Assembly (NCBI GenBank): GCA_963795805.1
Contig: CAWCIV010000004.1
Span: 79,052 to 143,051, forward strand
DNA length: 64,000 nucleotides
Direction of reading: 5' to 3'
DNA from: an uncultured Chloroflexia bacterium
GTDB taxonomy: Bacteria; Chloroflexota; Dormibacteria; CF-121
The notes below the pieces were generated by a model that searched no databases, was not told the DNA's origin, and saw only the letters and a list, made by a program, of their open reading frames with translations. This document shows positions 55,436-64,000 of the stretch, in pieces. The translations under genes and the position numbers were made by a program. Each line of letters opens with the position of its first letter. The first letter of the stretch is position 1.

Positions 55436-57149
55436 CCGACAGCCCTCGAGGGCGCGGCGGGCGAACCTGGTCCTCCTGGCGCTGGTCGCGCCGCTGATCA
55501 GCGCCGCGTGCGCCATCAACCCGCCGCGGATCGTCGCCATCACGCCGGCACGCGACGCAACCGAAGTCGGCACCAACCAGCAGATCCAGATCGGGTTCGA
55601 CCGGGCGATGAATCATCCGTCGGTCGAATCGCGCTTTGAGTTGCAGCCAAAGCTCGCCGGTTGCGAGGTGACCCCCCGCGACTGCGGCTTCGCCTGGACG
55701 AATAACACGCTGGTGTACCAGCACGCCCATGTCAATCTCGAGCTCTCGACGACCTACACGGTGAGGCTGAAGGGCGGCTACGCAGACGCCAGCGGCCAGG
55801 CGAACTCGCTCGATCACTCCTGGCATTTCTCCACCGAAGGCCGGCCGTCGCTGGCTGCCGTAGATCCGCCCGACAACGCCACCGCCATCGGTCTGGACCG
55901 AAACATCGTCCTGACCTTCAGCCGGCCGATGAAGCCCGACAGCATGCAGGCTGGAGTTCAGCTGACGCCGGACACGCCCTTTTTGATCAGGACCCGGCCC
56001 GGCGGTGATACCTCGCAGTTCGAGATCATCCCGCAAGCCTTACTGCAACCGAACCAGTCCTACACGGTCTCCGTCGACCGCCCGGTCGACGTTCACGGCA
56101 ACGCGATCTTCGGCCGGGTGCAGAGCCGCTTCAAGACGGGCCCCTTCGCCCTCAGCCGGAAGATCGGCTACCTGATCGGGCAGCGTGACCAACCCGCCTT
56201 CGGCGTCGCCGTCGTCGACCCGCACGCGGACACCTTCCTCAACCGGTCCACGCCGAAGCTGGCCTGGAAGCTGGCCGACCAGGCGGTCGTCACCGATGCC
56301 ATCCTTTCCTTCGACTGGGCGCCCGATGGCCGGCGACTGGTCGTGGTCGATGCCCCTCGCGCGGCCACCGAAGGCGCGATCCGGATCGAGGACCTCTCGA
56401 CCGGGCAGGACATCACGCTCGCGATCCACGCCTCGGATGTCTATTGGTCGCCCGACGGCAGCATCGTCTACCTCACGAACGGCATCCTGCACCGCTTCCG
56501 GCCCGCCACGCTGGAGGACGCGGCCCTGACGGATCCGGCCGACGGTCGGGTCGTCACGCCGCTGACGTTCAGCCCCGACGGGAAGTCGATCGCCTACGCG
56601 GCGACCGATGCCCTGGGAGCGAATCATGTCTGGATCCTGAATGTCGACTTGCGAACCCGCTTCCGGCCACCAGGCCTCGACGATCCCGCCGACCACCCGG
56701 CGTGGTCGCTCGACGGGACCCGGCTGGCCTTCAGGCGGCTGGCCAGTGGCGGGCCGGCCCTCTGGATCTACGATCTCTCGGCCAGCGGCGCGAACGCCTA
56801 TCGCCGGGCGGCCGCCATCGACCTGACCGGCGCCGCCTGGCTCAACGACAACAGCACGCTGATCGCGGCGGCCGGCACCGGATCGAGCGGCGTGCTCTCC
56901 CGGGTGAACATCTTTTCCGCGGGCGAGGCGGGCGGCGTGGTCAAGGTGACGGGGACCAAGGAGGCGCCCAACGGCTCGACGCCCGCAACGCCCGCCTACG
57001 ACCGTCGGGTCGCCTACGTCGGGGTCATCGACCAGCTCCCGCAGATCTTCGTGATGAACGGGGATGGATCCCGGCCGCAGCAACTGTCCGAGTGGGAGGC
57101 CGACTTCCCCTATACCGGCCTGTCGCCGAACTGGACCGCGAGCGGATAA
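55320..57149 (+). CDS. Lipoprotein with two Ig-like (Big_5-type) domains and TolB/PD40-like propeller (true start uncertain, probably near 55440-55467)
   Basis: Lipobox ISAAC, IGFDRAMN / LTFSRPMK, and repeated WSPDG / FSPDG. Confidence 0.8.
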   Translation: MRSIGPSTASPRRRSCSSTRHALPTSPTRCVRSSKNSASRQPSRARRANLVLLALVAPLISAACAINPPRIVAITPARDATEVGTNQQIQIGFDRAMNHPSVESRFELQPKLAGCEVTPRDCGFAWTNNTLVYQHAHVNLELSTTYTVRLKGGYADASGQANSLDHSWHFSTEGRPSLAAVDPPDNATAIGLDRNIVLTFSRPMKPDSMQAGVQLTPDTPFLIRTRPGGDTSQFEIIPQALLQPNQSYTVSVDRPVDVHGNAIFGRVQSRFKTGPFALSRKIGYLIGQRDQPAFGVAVVDPHADTFLNRSTPKLAWKLADQAVVTDAILSFDWAPDGRRLVVVDAPRAATEGAIRIEDLSTGQDITLAIHASDVYWSPDGSIVYLTNGILHRFRPATLEDAALTDPADGRVVTPLTFSPDGKSIAYAATDALGANHVWILNVDLRTRFRPPGLDDPADHPAWSLDGTRLAFRRLASGGPALWIYDLSASGANAYRRAAAIDLTGAAWLNDNSTLIAAAGTGSSGVLSRVNIFSAGEAGGVVKVTGTKEAPNGSTPATPAYDRRVAYVGVIDQLPQIFVMNGDGSRPQQLSEWEADFPYTGLSPNWTASG

Positions 57150-57159
57150 GGCTCGCGCC

Positions 57160-58425
57160 CTACGCGGCGAGCGGCAGCGCGTCGTCCGCCACCACCGCGA
57201 CCGGCAGCGGTGGCCTGAGGTAGTTCGCATGGAAATACGCCCGCACCATCACGGTCGCCACCATGGCGGCGGCCATCAGCACGGCCGATGACCAGAACGG
57301 GATGCCCGCCTGGATGCCGTACATCCAGCCGCCAACCGGATAGGCAAGCGCGGCGGCCGCGCCGGTCACGAGCGCAAACAGCCCATAGCCTTTCGCCATC
57401 GCCGCGTCCGGGAGGACCTCGCCCACAACCGCCGTCATGACATGCCGGAATGACCAGAAGGCCCCTCGCAGGAAGAACGCGAGGATGAGGACCGCAAGCG
57501 CGCGGGTGGAGAAGAGGAGGACCGCCGAGAGGACGTAGACCGCTTCGAACAGGACGATGATCGTGACCGAGCCAAGCGACCGGCGCAGCCGCGCGAGGCT
57601 GAGTCCGACCAGCACCGAGCCAAGATAGAGGCCGCCCATCAGGATCCCGATCCAGAGGTTGTCGACACGGCCGAAGTCCCGCGCATACAGCGCGGTGTAC
57701 GTCCACGGGAGAAAGATGATCGCCGTCACGAGCGTGAACAGTGAGAGCAGCACCATGTAGGCGGGATACCGGAGGAGGTCCTGGTAGCGGACCGCCCGGG
57801 CGGCCTTGGCCGGTTGCGCCTTGTGGGGCAGGAATGTAATGCACACCGTGGCCAGGACGTAGAAGCCGAAGGAGGCCCAGAAGAGCGCGTAGAGGGGCGC
57901 GATCTGGGCCAGCCAGCCGGTCAGGAGGCTGGAGGCGATCAGGCCGATCGAGTACGCCGACATGACGGTGGTCATGACCAGGGCGATGCGGTCACGGGGC
58001 ACGCCGATGGTCAAGTAGACGCTGATCGCCGGGGCGTTGATCACCGACGCCTGGAGGAAGACCATGCCCACCGCCGTCCAGGCCCAGTGCGGGGCAATCG
58101 CAAAGAACAGCGGGGCGGGAATCGCGATAATCCAGCCGGCAATGATCGTTTTCCGGAGGCTATGGTGCTCCGCCAGGCGAGTCCCCGGGATCATGACCAG
58201 GGTCGCCACCACCATCGCGACCGCGGCCAGCAGCCCGATCTCGACGGCGCTGGCGCCGAGTTGGCGCTGGTAAATCGCGCCAAAGGCGACAAAGGGGCCC
58301 GCGCCCAGGCCCGAAAGCCCCTGGGCGAAGAAGAGCAGCCACGCCCCCCGGTCGATCTGCGGCCTGACTTCCGGGCGGTGGCCGCCGGTGGATGGCCGTG
58401 GCACCGGCACGCGAAGGGGGAGCAC
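57160..58425 (-). CDS. Major facilitator superfamily transporter
   Basis: About 12 hydrophobic segments and MFS motif-A-like GTRLAEHHSLRK. Confidence 0.85.
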   Translation of the reverse strand: MLPLRVPVPRPSTGGHRPEVRPQIDRGAWLLFFAQGLSGLGAGPFVAFGAIYQRQLGASAVEIGLLAAVAMVVATLVMIPGTRLAEHHSLRKTIIAGWIIAIPAPLFFAIAPHWAWTAVGMVFLQASVINAPAISVYLTIGVPRDRIALVMTTVMSAYSIGLIASSLLTGWLAQIAPLYALFWASFGFYVLATVCITFLPHKAQPAKAARAVRYQDLLRYPAYMVLLSLFTLVTAIIFLPWTYTALYARDFGRVDNLWIGILMGGLYLGSVLVGLSLARLRRSLGSVTIIVLFEAVYVLSAVLLFSTRALAVLILAFFLRGAFWSFRHVMTAVVGEVLPDAAMAKGYGLFALVTGAAAALAYPVGGWMYGIQAGIPFWSSAVLMAAAMVATVMVRAYFHANYLRPPLPVAVVADDALPLAA

Positions 58426-58499
58426 ATCCGTATATCGGGGCGGTTGGCCGGTCCCGGTGGCCGATCAGGCGACGATGCCGTAAAAGAGTCGGCCGGGGG

Positions 58500-60755
58500 T
58501 CAGGCGGCGCTGCGACCCTCGGCGGCAGCCCCCGGCTCTCCCAGGTTGACCCGTCGGTACAGATGCCTGAGGGGGGCCGGCGCCCACCAGTTCGCCCGGC
58601 CGAGCAGCCTCATCAGCGCCGGCACGATCAGCGCCCGCACCAGGGTGGCGTCGATCGCGACCGCGATCGCCAGCCCGAGGCCGATCGACTTGATGACGAC
58701 GACGTCGGCCAGCCCGAACGCGAGGAAGACCGCCACCATGATGGCGGCGGCGCCCGTGATCAGCCGTCCACTCCGCTCGAGCCCCTCGGCGATGGCCGCG
58801 GTCGTATCGCCCGAGCGGCGATATTCCTCCTGGATCCGGCTGATGAGCAGGACCTCGTAGTCCATCGAGAGGCCGAAGACGATACAGAAGAGGAGGACGG
58901 GCACCGACGGGTCGAGCGCGGCCGGGGTGAAGTTCAGCAGCGAGCTGAGGTGTCCCTGTTGGAAAATCCAGACCAGGGCGCCGAAGGATGCCCCGATCGA
59001 GAGGATGTTCATGATCACCGCCTTGAGCGGCAGCACGACCGAGCCGGTCAGGAGGAAGAGCACCAGATAGGTCACCAGGAGGACGTAGCCGACCGCCAGC
59101 GGGATCCGCTGCACGATGAAATCGGTGAAGTCGATGTCGAAGGCGGCGACCAGCATCTGGCTCCCCGACGGCGCGCTCAGGCTTCGCAGGGAGTGGACGA
59201 TGGCGCGCGCGCCGGTGCTCTCCGCCTTCTCCTTGGTGACCACCGAAAGCACGGCAATATGCTGCCCGACGCTCTGGTGCACCGCCTCGGCCACCCGGGT
59301 TGGGAGCTGGCTCGGCGCTTGGACCAGGAGCGCCTGGTACTCGGCTCGGCTTGTCGCCGGGTCGACGTTGACCGCGCTTTCAACCTGCTCGACGCCCGGA
59401 ATGCGGCCGACCTGGCGGCTGAGGTCGTAGAGGGCACCGATCCGAGCCGGGGTGAGCGGGTTCCCGTCCGGGTAATTGATCACGACATCGAAGCGGGTCT
59501 GGCCCTGCCCGGGAAACTTCTGCAGCAGGTCATAGCCGCGCCGCGATTCGGCCGACGGTGGCAGCATCCCGACGTCGCCGTTGGCGATCTGGATCTGCAG
59601 GACCGGCGAGGCGAGCAGGGCGAGGACCGCCACGACCGGCACCAGCACCAGGAACGGCCGTCGCATCACCCAGGTGGCGAGGGCGTGCCAGAAGCCCCGG
59701 CCTTCGGGGCGGCGGGGAAGGGGGAGGCGGACCCAGTTCACGCGGTGGCCGAGGATGGCGAGCAGGGCGCCCAGGAAGGTCAGCGCATAGAGCACCGCGA
59801 TCGCCACCACGATGGCGCCGGCGAACCCCATCGAAGCCAGGAAGGATCCCTGGAAGAAGAGCATCGCGCTCAAGCCAATCGCGACCGTGATGCCGGAGAA
59901 CAGGACGGCTCGCCCGGAGGTCGCCATGGCGGCGGCCAGCGCGTCCTCGACGGAGCTCTGCTTGGGGAGCTCCTCGCGAAACCGGTTGACGATGAAGAGC
60001 GAATAGTCGATGGCGACCCCGAGGCCGATCAGGGTGACGATGTTCTGGGCGTAGGTCGAGACGTCGGTGACCCGTGACAGTAACCCGACGCCGGCCAGCC
60101 CGCCGACGACGGCCAGGCCTCCGACCCCCAGCGGCAGCAACATGCTGATCACCGTGGCGAAGACGATCAGGAGCAGCGGGACGACCAGCGCCAGGGAGAT
60201 GATCTCGGCCCGGCTCAGGTCGGCGGCCAGATACTTGTCGAACTCGTAGCCGATCGCGACGCTCCCGGTGCCGTAGACCACGAGGTGATCGGAGCGGACC
60301 TCCGAACGCAGCGACGGGTACAAGCTCCGCGCCGTCGCGTAGTCGTCTTTCAGGGAGACGACGGCAAACGCATGATGCTGGTCTAACGAGGTCAGCGCCC
60401 GGGCCTGGTCCGGCAGGCCGTCGTATGGCGTCGTAACGCTCTTGACCCGTGAATCCGCACGGAGCGGTTGGAGCGCCGCCAGCATCGCCTGCTTGAACGC
60501 CGCATCGCTGACCCGCATGGAATCACTGCCAAAGACCAGCTCGAAGGATGAGCCGGCGCCACTCTGCGGCAGCTCGTTCTGCATCAGGGTGAGGGCGCGT
60601 CCCGATTCGGTCTTGCTGCCGCCGCTGTTCTTCAAGGTCCCGCCGTGGCTGAGCGAGAGGATCGACGCCACGAGCAGCACGGTCGAAGCGGCGAGGACCA
60701 GCCACCGGAAGCGGTAGACCAGGTGACCCCAGCGTTCCAGCACGATCAATGTCAA
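58500..60755 (-). CDS. MMPL (RND-family) transporter
   Basis: GLGVAIDYSLFIVNRFREEL, FGLSMDYEVLLISRIQEEY and DATLVRALIVPA. Confidence 0.93.
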   Translation of the reverse strand: MTLIVLERWGHLVYRFRWLVLAASTVLLVASILSLSHGGTLKNSGGSKTESGRALTLMQNELPQSGAGSSFELVFGSDSMRVSDAAFKQAMLAALQPLRADSRVKSVTTPYDGLPDQARALTSLDQHHAFAVVSLKDDYATARSLYPSLRSEVRSDHLVVYGTGSVAIGYEFDKYLAADLSRAEIISLALVVPLLLIVFATVISMLLPLGVGGLAVVGGLAGVGLLSRVTDVSTYAQNIVTLIGLGVAIDYSLFIVNRFREELPKQSSVEDALAAAMATSGRAVLFSGITVAIGLSAMLFFQGSFLASMGFAGAIVVAIAVLYALTFLGALLAILGHRVNWVRLPLPRRPEGRGFWHALATWVMRRPFLVLVPVVAVLALLASPVLQIQIANGDVGMLPPSAESRRGYDLLQKFPGQGQTRFDVVINYPDGNPLTPARIGALYDLSRQVGRIPGVEQVESAVNVDPATSRAEYQALLVQAPSQLPTRVAEAVHQSVGQHIAVLSVVTKEKAESTGARAIVHSLRSLSAPSGSQMLVAAFDIDFTDFIVQRIPLAVGYVLLVTYLVLFLLTGSVVLPLKAVIMNILSIGASFGALVWIFQQGHLSSLLNFTPAALDPSVPVLLFCIVFGLSMDYEVLLISRIQEEYRRSGDTTAAIAEGLERSGRLITGAAAIMVAVFLAFGLADVVVIKSIGLGLAIAVAIDATLVRALIVPALMRLLGRANWWAPAPLRHLYRRVNLGEPGAAAEGRSAA

Positions 60756-60799
60756 GCTTACGCGGCCGTCAACGCCGAACTCGGGGTGCCGCCGGGATC

Positions 60800-62068
60800 C
60801 TAGCCGGCGACGGCGGGGGCCAGCGCCGGCTGGCGCGGCGCTGCGTATTCGACGAGCAGACGGTCAACGGTCGACTGCCAGGTGAACTGGGTCGCCACCA
60901 GCCGGCTGCGCCGGCTGAAGCAGCGCCGCAGCTCCTCATCGGAGAGGAGCCGCGCGATCCGATCCGCGTAGCGGGCGGGATCGCGGGAGACCAGCGTGTA
61001 GCCGGTCAGCCCATCCTTGACGATCGTCGGGAGACCGCCGACCCGGGCGGCGACCACCGGGGTGCCGCAGGCTTCGGCTTCGAGGGCCACCAGGCCGAAG
61101 GACTCGCTGTAGGAGGGGACGACACAGACCGAGGCCAGGTTCAGGTAGGTCGCCAGCGTCGGCTGGTCAACCGCTCCGACGAACCGAACCTGGGAGGCGA
61201 TGCCAAGCTCGCGCGCGAGCGCCTCGAGGCGGGCGCGCTCGCCTCCGGTCGCTCGGCTCTCGGAGGCGCCGTTCTGGCTGTCGCCGCCGATGATGACCAG
61301 CGCCAGGGGAGCGGCGACCATCCCGTCGTTGGCCAGGATGCCGAAGGCCCGGACCAGCGTCTCGGCACCCTTGAGGCGCTCCAGGCGGCCGGCAAACATG
61401 ATCACCCGGGCCTCGCCCAGTCCCAGCTCTGCTCGAAGGGTCTCGCTCGGCCTCGGCCCGAAGAGCCGGAGGTCAACGCCGGGCGGCACCACCGCGACCT
61501 TGTTCCGGGACGCCCCGTAGAGGCGCACCAGGTCGTCGGCTTCCTGCACGCTGGACGCGATCAGCCGGTCGCTGTTGCGGACCACGCCCTGCTCGACCGC
61601 GATCCGGTGATCCGGCTCCAGCACGGCGCCCTCGGCGGCCTGCTCGTTCTTGACCCGCGCCAGGGTGTGGAAGGTGTGGAACCAGGGGAGCTTCCACTCG
61701 TCCCGCAGGCGGGACCCGGCCCAGCCGGAGAGCCAGTAGTGACTGTGGACCAGGCTGTACTCGCGCTTCCGCCGCCGCTGCTCCAAAAGGACGGCCTCGG
61801 TGAAGGTCGGCAGCAGGTCGAAGAGCCGGTCCTTGCCGACCGAGGTGGCCGGCCCGGCCTTGATCTGGGTGACCCAGCTGTTGGCGCCCAGCCGCACCCG
61901 GTCGGGGCCGTCGGCCGAGGCGCGCCGGGTAAAGACCTCCGTTGGGATCCCCCGCCGGCCCAGCTCCTGGCAGACGGCGCGGATGTACACGTTCATGCCG
62001 CCGTTCTCGCCCGACCCGAGGTCGGCGATCGGCGACGCGTGCATACTGACGATCGCGAGCGGCTTCAC
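60800..62068 (-). CDS. MshA-like GT4 glycosyltransferase (D-inositol-3-phosphate glycosyltransferase family)
   Basis: HASP..GGMNVY, HSHYWLSG, HTFHTLA.VK and PSYSESFGLVALEA. Confidence 0.8.
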   Translation of the reverse strand: MKPLAIVSMHASPIADLGSGENGGMNVYIRAVCQELGRRGIPTEVFTRRASADGPDRVRLGANSWVTQIKAGPATSVGKDRLFDLLPTFTEAVLLEQRRRKREYSLVHSHYWLSGWAGSRLRDEWKLPWFHTFHTLARVKNEQAAEGAVLEPDHRIAVEQGVVRNSDRLIASSVQEADDLVRLYGASRNKVAVVPPGVDLRLFGPRPSETLRAELGLGEARVIMFAGRLERLKGAETLVRAFGILANDGMVAAPLALVIIGGDSQNGASESRATGGERARLEALARELGIASQVRFVGAVDQPTLATYLNLASVCVVPSYSESFGLVALEAEACGTPVVAARVGGLPTIVKDGLTGYTLVSRDPARYADRIARLLSDEELRRCFSRRSRLVATQFTWQSTVDRLLVEYAAPRQPALAPAVAG

Positions 62069-62269
62069 AAACTCTCCTTGCTACGCGGCTGTCCCTTCAT
62101 TAACGCCGGTTCAGTGCCGCCCGGTCAACTTCAAAGCGGTACAAGGCCAGCGCGATCCGGCAGCAACTCTGCTCGAGTGCGGCGACGGTCCGTCACCGGG
62201 CAGCCTGTGCTACGGTTATCGAAATCTTAGCCACCCTGGCCTGAAAGCAAACCTGCTCATACCATTCAT

Positions 62270-63268
62270 CTGAAGCCAGTCAACCCGCTCCGGCGCTTCC
62301 AGCTGCCCCTCCTGATCCTCACGCTCGTCTTCTGCTACGGCGTGATCGGCTACATGGTGATCGAGCGCTGGAACTTCATCGACGCCCTGTACATGGTGGT
62401 CACCACCGTGGCGACGGTCGGCTACCAGGAGGTTCATCCGCTCGGCACCGTGGGTCGGGTCTTCACCATGACGGTGATCGTCAGCGGGGTCGGCACCATG
62501 CTCTACACCCTGGGAATCTTCGGCGAGCTGCTGGTCGATGGGCAGCTCGCTCGGTACGCTAGGATGCGCGGCATGGAGCGCCGGATCACGGACCTGAAGG
62601 AGCACTTCATCGTCTGCGGATACGGCCGGATGGGGACCCGCGTGGCCCAGGAGTTCCGCCAGCTGGACACGCCCTTCGTCGTGGTGGAAAGCAACAGCGC
62701 CTCGCTCGACCGCCTGCGCAGCGCTGAAATCCTCTACGTCGAAGGTGACGCCACCTCGGACGAGTCGTTGCTCAGGGCCGGCATCCTCCGCGCCAAGGGA
62801 CTCGTGACCGCGGTGGACTCCGACGAGCGGAATGTGTTCATCACGCTCACGGCCCGGGCTCTCAACCCGGCCCTCTTCATCGTGGCCCGCTCCTCGTTCC
62901 CGGATTCGGTCGAGAAGCTGCGCCGCGCGGGCGCCAATCAGGTCGTGTCTCCTTACTTGATGGGGGCCCATCGGATGGCGGCGCTGGCCGTGCGGCCGGT
63001 TGCCGTCGACGTCCTCGATTCCGTCCTGAACGGCGAGAACATCGACCTCGTCGTGGAGGAGATGCTGGTCCCGTCGGCGTCCAGGCTGCTGGGCCGGTCA
63101 CTCGCCGAGTCCGGTATGCGCGAGGCGGGAGCCAACATCCTGGCCATCCGCAAGCGCAGCGGCCAGTTGCGCATCAACCCGCCCGACAGCCAGGTCCTGG
63201 AAAGCGACGACCTGCTGGTCGCGATCGGGACCCGCGCGCAGATGAGCGCGGCAGAACGCCTCCTCTGA
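62270..63268 (+). CDS. Two-TM ion channel with RCK (TrkA-N / TrkA-C) domains
   Basis: TM1 (FQLPLLILTLVFCYGVIGY) requires a start upstream of the track GTG 62342, with CTG 62270 in frame. Also pore TVGYQ, CGYGRMG, and GDAT. Confidence 0.88.
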   Translation: MKPVNPLRRFQLPLLILTLVFCYGVIGYMVIERWNFIDALYMVVTTVATVGYQEVHPLGTVGRVFTMTVIVSGVGTMLYTLGIFGELLVDGQLARYARMRGMERRITDLKEHFIVCGYGRMGTRVAQEFRQLDTPFVVVESNSASLDRLRSAEILYVEGDATSDESLLRAGILRAKGLVTAVDSDERNVFITLTARALNPALFIVARSSFPDSVEKLRRAGANQVVSPYLMGAHRMAALAVRPVAVDVLDSVLNGENIDLVVEEMLVPSASRLLGRSLAESGMREAGANILAIRKRSGQLRINPPDSQVLESDDLLVAIGTRAQMSAAERLL

Positions 63269-64000
63269 CGGAGCCCGGCCGGCTCCTCTTCCTCTTCTCG
63301 GACACGGGAGCCGGACATCGTGCCGCCGCCGAGGCCGTCGCCGCCGCCACCGAACGGCGCTACCCCGGCCGCTTTTTGATCGACCTCTACGACCCGATGT
63401 CCGACCATGCCCTGCTCGCGGGCCGGCTGACCGCGCTCTACGGGCCGATCACCCGCCGGCTGCCCCTCCTCTGGGCCGCCTCGTACCACCTCACCAACAT
63501 GGAGCCGACGGTCCGCCTCTTCCAGCACTCCATCGGCCGGGGCCTGCGCCGAAAGCTCCGGCGGGTCCTTGCGCCGGAACCGGTCCTGGTCGCAAGCTTC
63601 CACCCGCTGCTCAACCACGTGGCGAGCGAGGTCATCCCGGCCGGGATTCCGCGCGTCACGGTCATCACGGACTGGATCGATTTTCACCGGGCCTGGACCG
63701 ATCTGCCGGCCGATTGCATCATCTGTCCGTCGGAGGCCGCCGTTGAGCTCTGCCGCAAGCGCGGGGTCCCAGCCGGCCGCCTGGCCCGGGCCGGACTGCC
63801 CATCCATCCCCGCTTCAAGGACGCGATGCAACGGTATCCGACCAAGGTGGCTGCCCGGCAGGCGCTGCGGCTACGGCCGCACGCCCCCACCGTGCTGCTC
63901 GCGGGCGGCGGGGACGGCACCGAGCCCCTCGGGAAATACGCGGCCGCCCTGGCTCAATCCAGGGACGATGTCCAGGTCCTCGCCGTCTGTGGGCGGAATG
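63265..64000 (+). CDS. MGDG synthase / UgtP-like diacylglycerol glycosyltransferase (3' end outside window; absent from ORF track)
   Basis: Manual translation from CTG 63265: MTEPGRLLFLFSDTGAGHRAAAEA...SFHPLLNH...VTVITD..FHRAW...GLPIHPRF...LLAGGGDG. Confidence 0.88.
   Translation, partial: MTEPGRLLFLFSDTGAGHRAAAEAVAAATERRYPGRFLIDLYDPMSDHALLAGRLTALYGPITRRLPLLWAASYHLTNMEPTVRLFQHSIGRGLRRKLRRVLAPEPVLVASFHPLLNHVASEVIPAGIPRVTVITDWIDFHRAWTDLPADCIICPSEAAVELCRKRGVPAGRLARAGLPIHPRFKDAMQRYPTKVAARQALRLRPHAPTVLLAGGGDGTEPLGKYAAALAQSRDDVQVLAVCGRN

Overview
High-GC bacterial chromosomal window, densely coding (about 57 genes). I found no rRNA, tRNA, CRISPR array or transposase. The gene content (class F sortase, paired FemABX-family genes, MurE with an EDPR motif, Chloroflexota-like proteins) suggests a monoderm soil lineage such as Ca. 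Dormibacterota or Chloroflexota; this is inference only. The left end carries the tail of a VirB4-like ATPase and two giant surface proteins. One is a Gly-rich plus 6x DUF11 protein fused in frame, through a sorting-signal-like segment, to an intact class F sortase. The other is a PQQ-propeller plus 9x Ig-like plus FN3 protein split by a +1 frameshift. The rest mixes housekeeping genes (dtd, dxs, trxB, iscS, rsmG, murE, folP, folK), a MoxR/DUF58/DUF4350/DUF4129/SpoIIM/RDD cluster, glycosyltransferases and three ECF-sigma-related modules. One module pairs an ECF sigma with a putative anti-sigma carrying a Tat-type Rieske domain; another is a membrane protein with a sigma-region-2-like N-terminus. 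Two window-wide patterns are missed by the ORF track: many genes appear to start at CTG or ATC, and about 12 genes show a leaderless signature (TAnnnT 6-7 nt before the start codon). Three apparent single-base insertions may be assembly errors.
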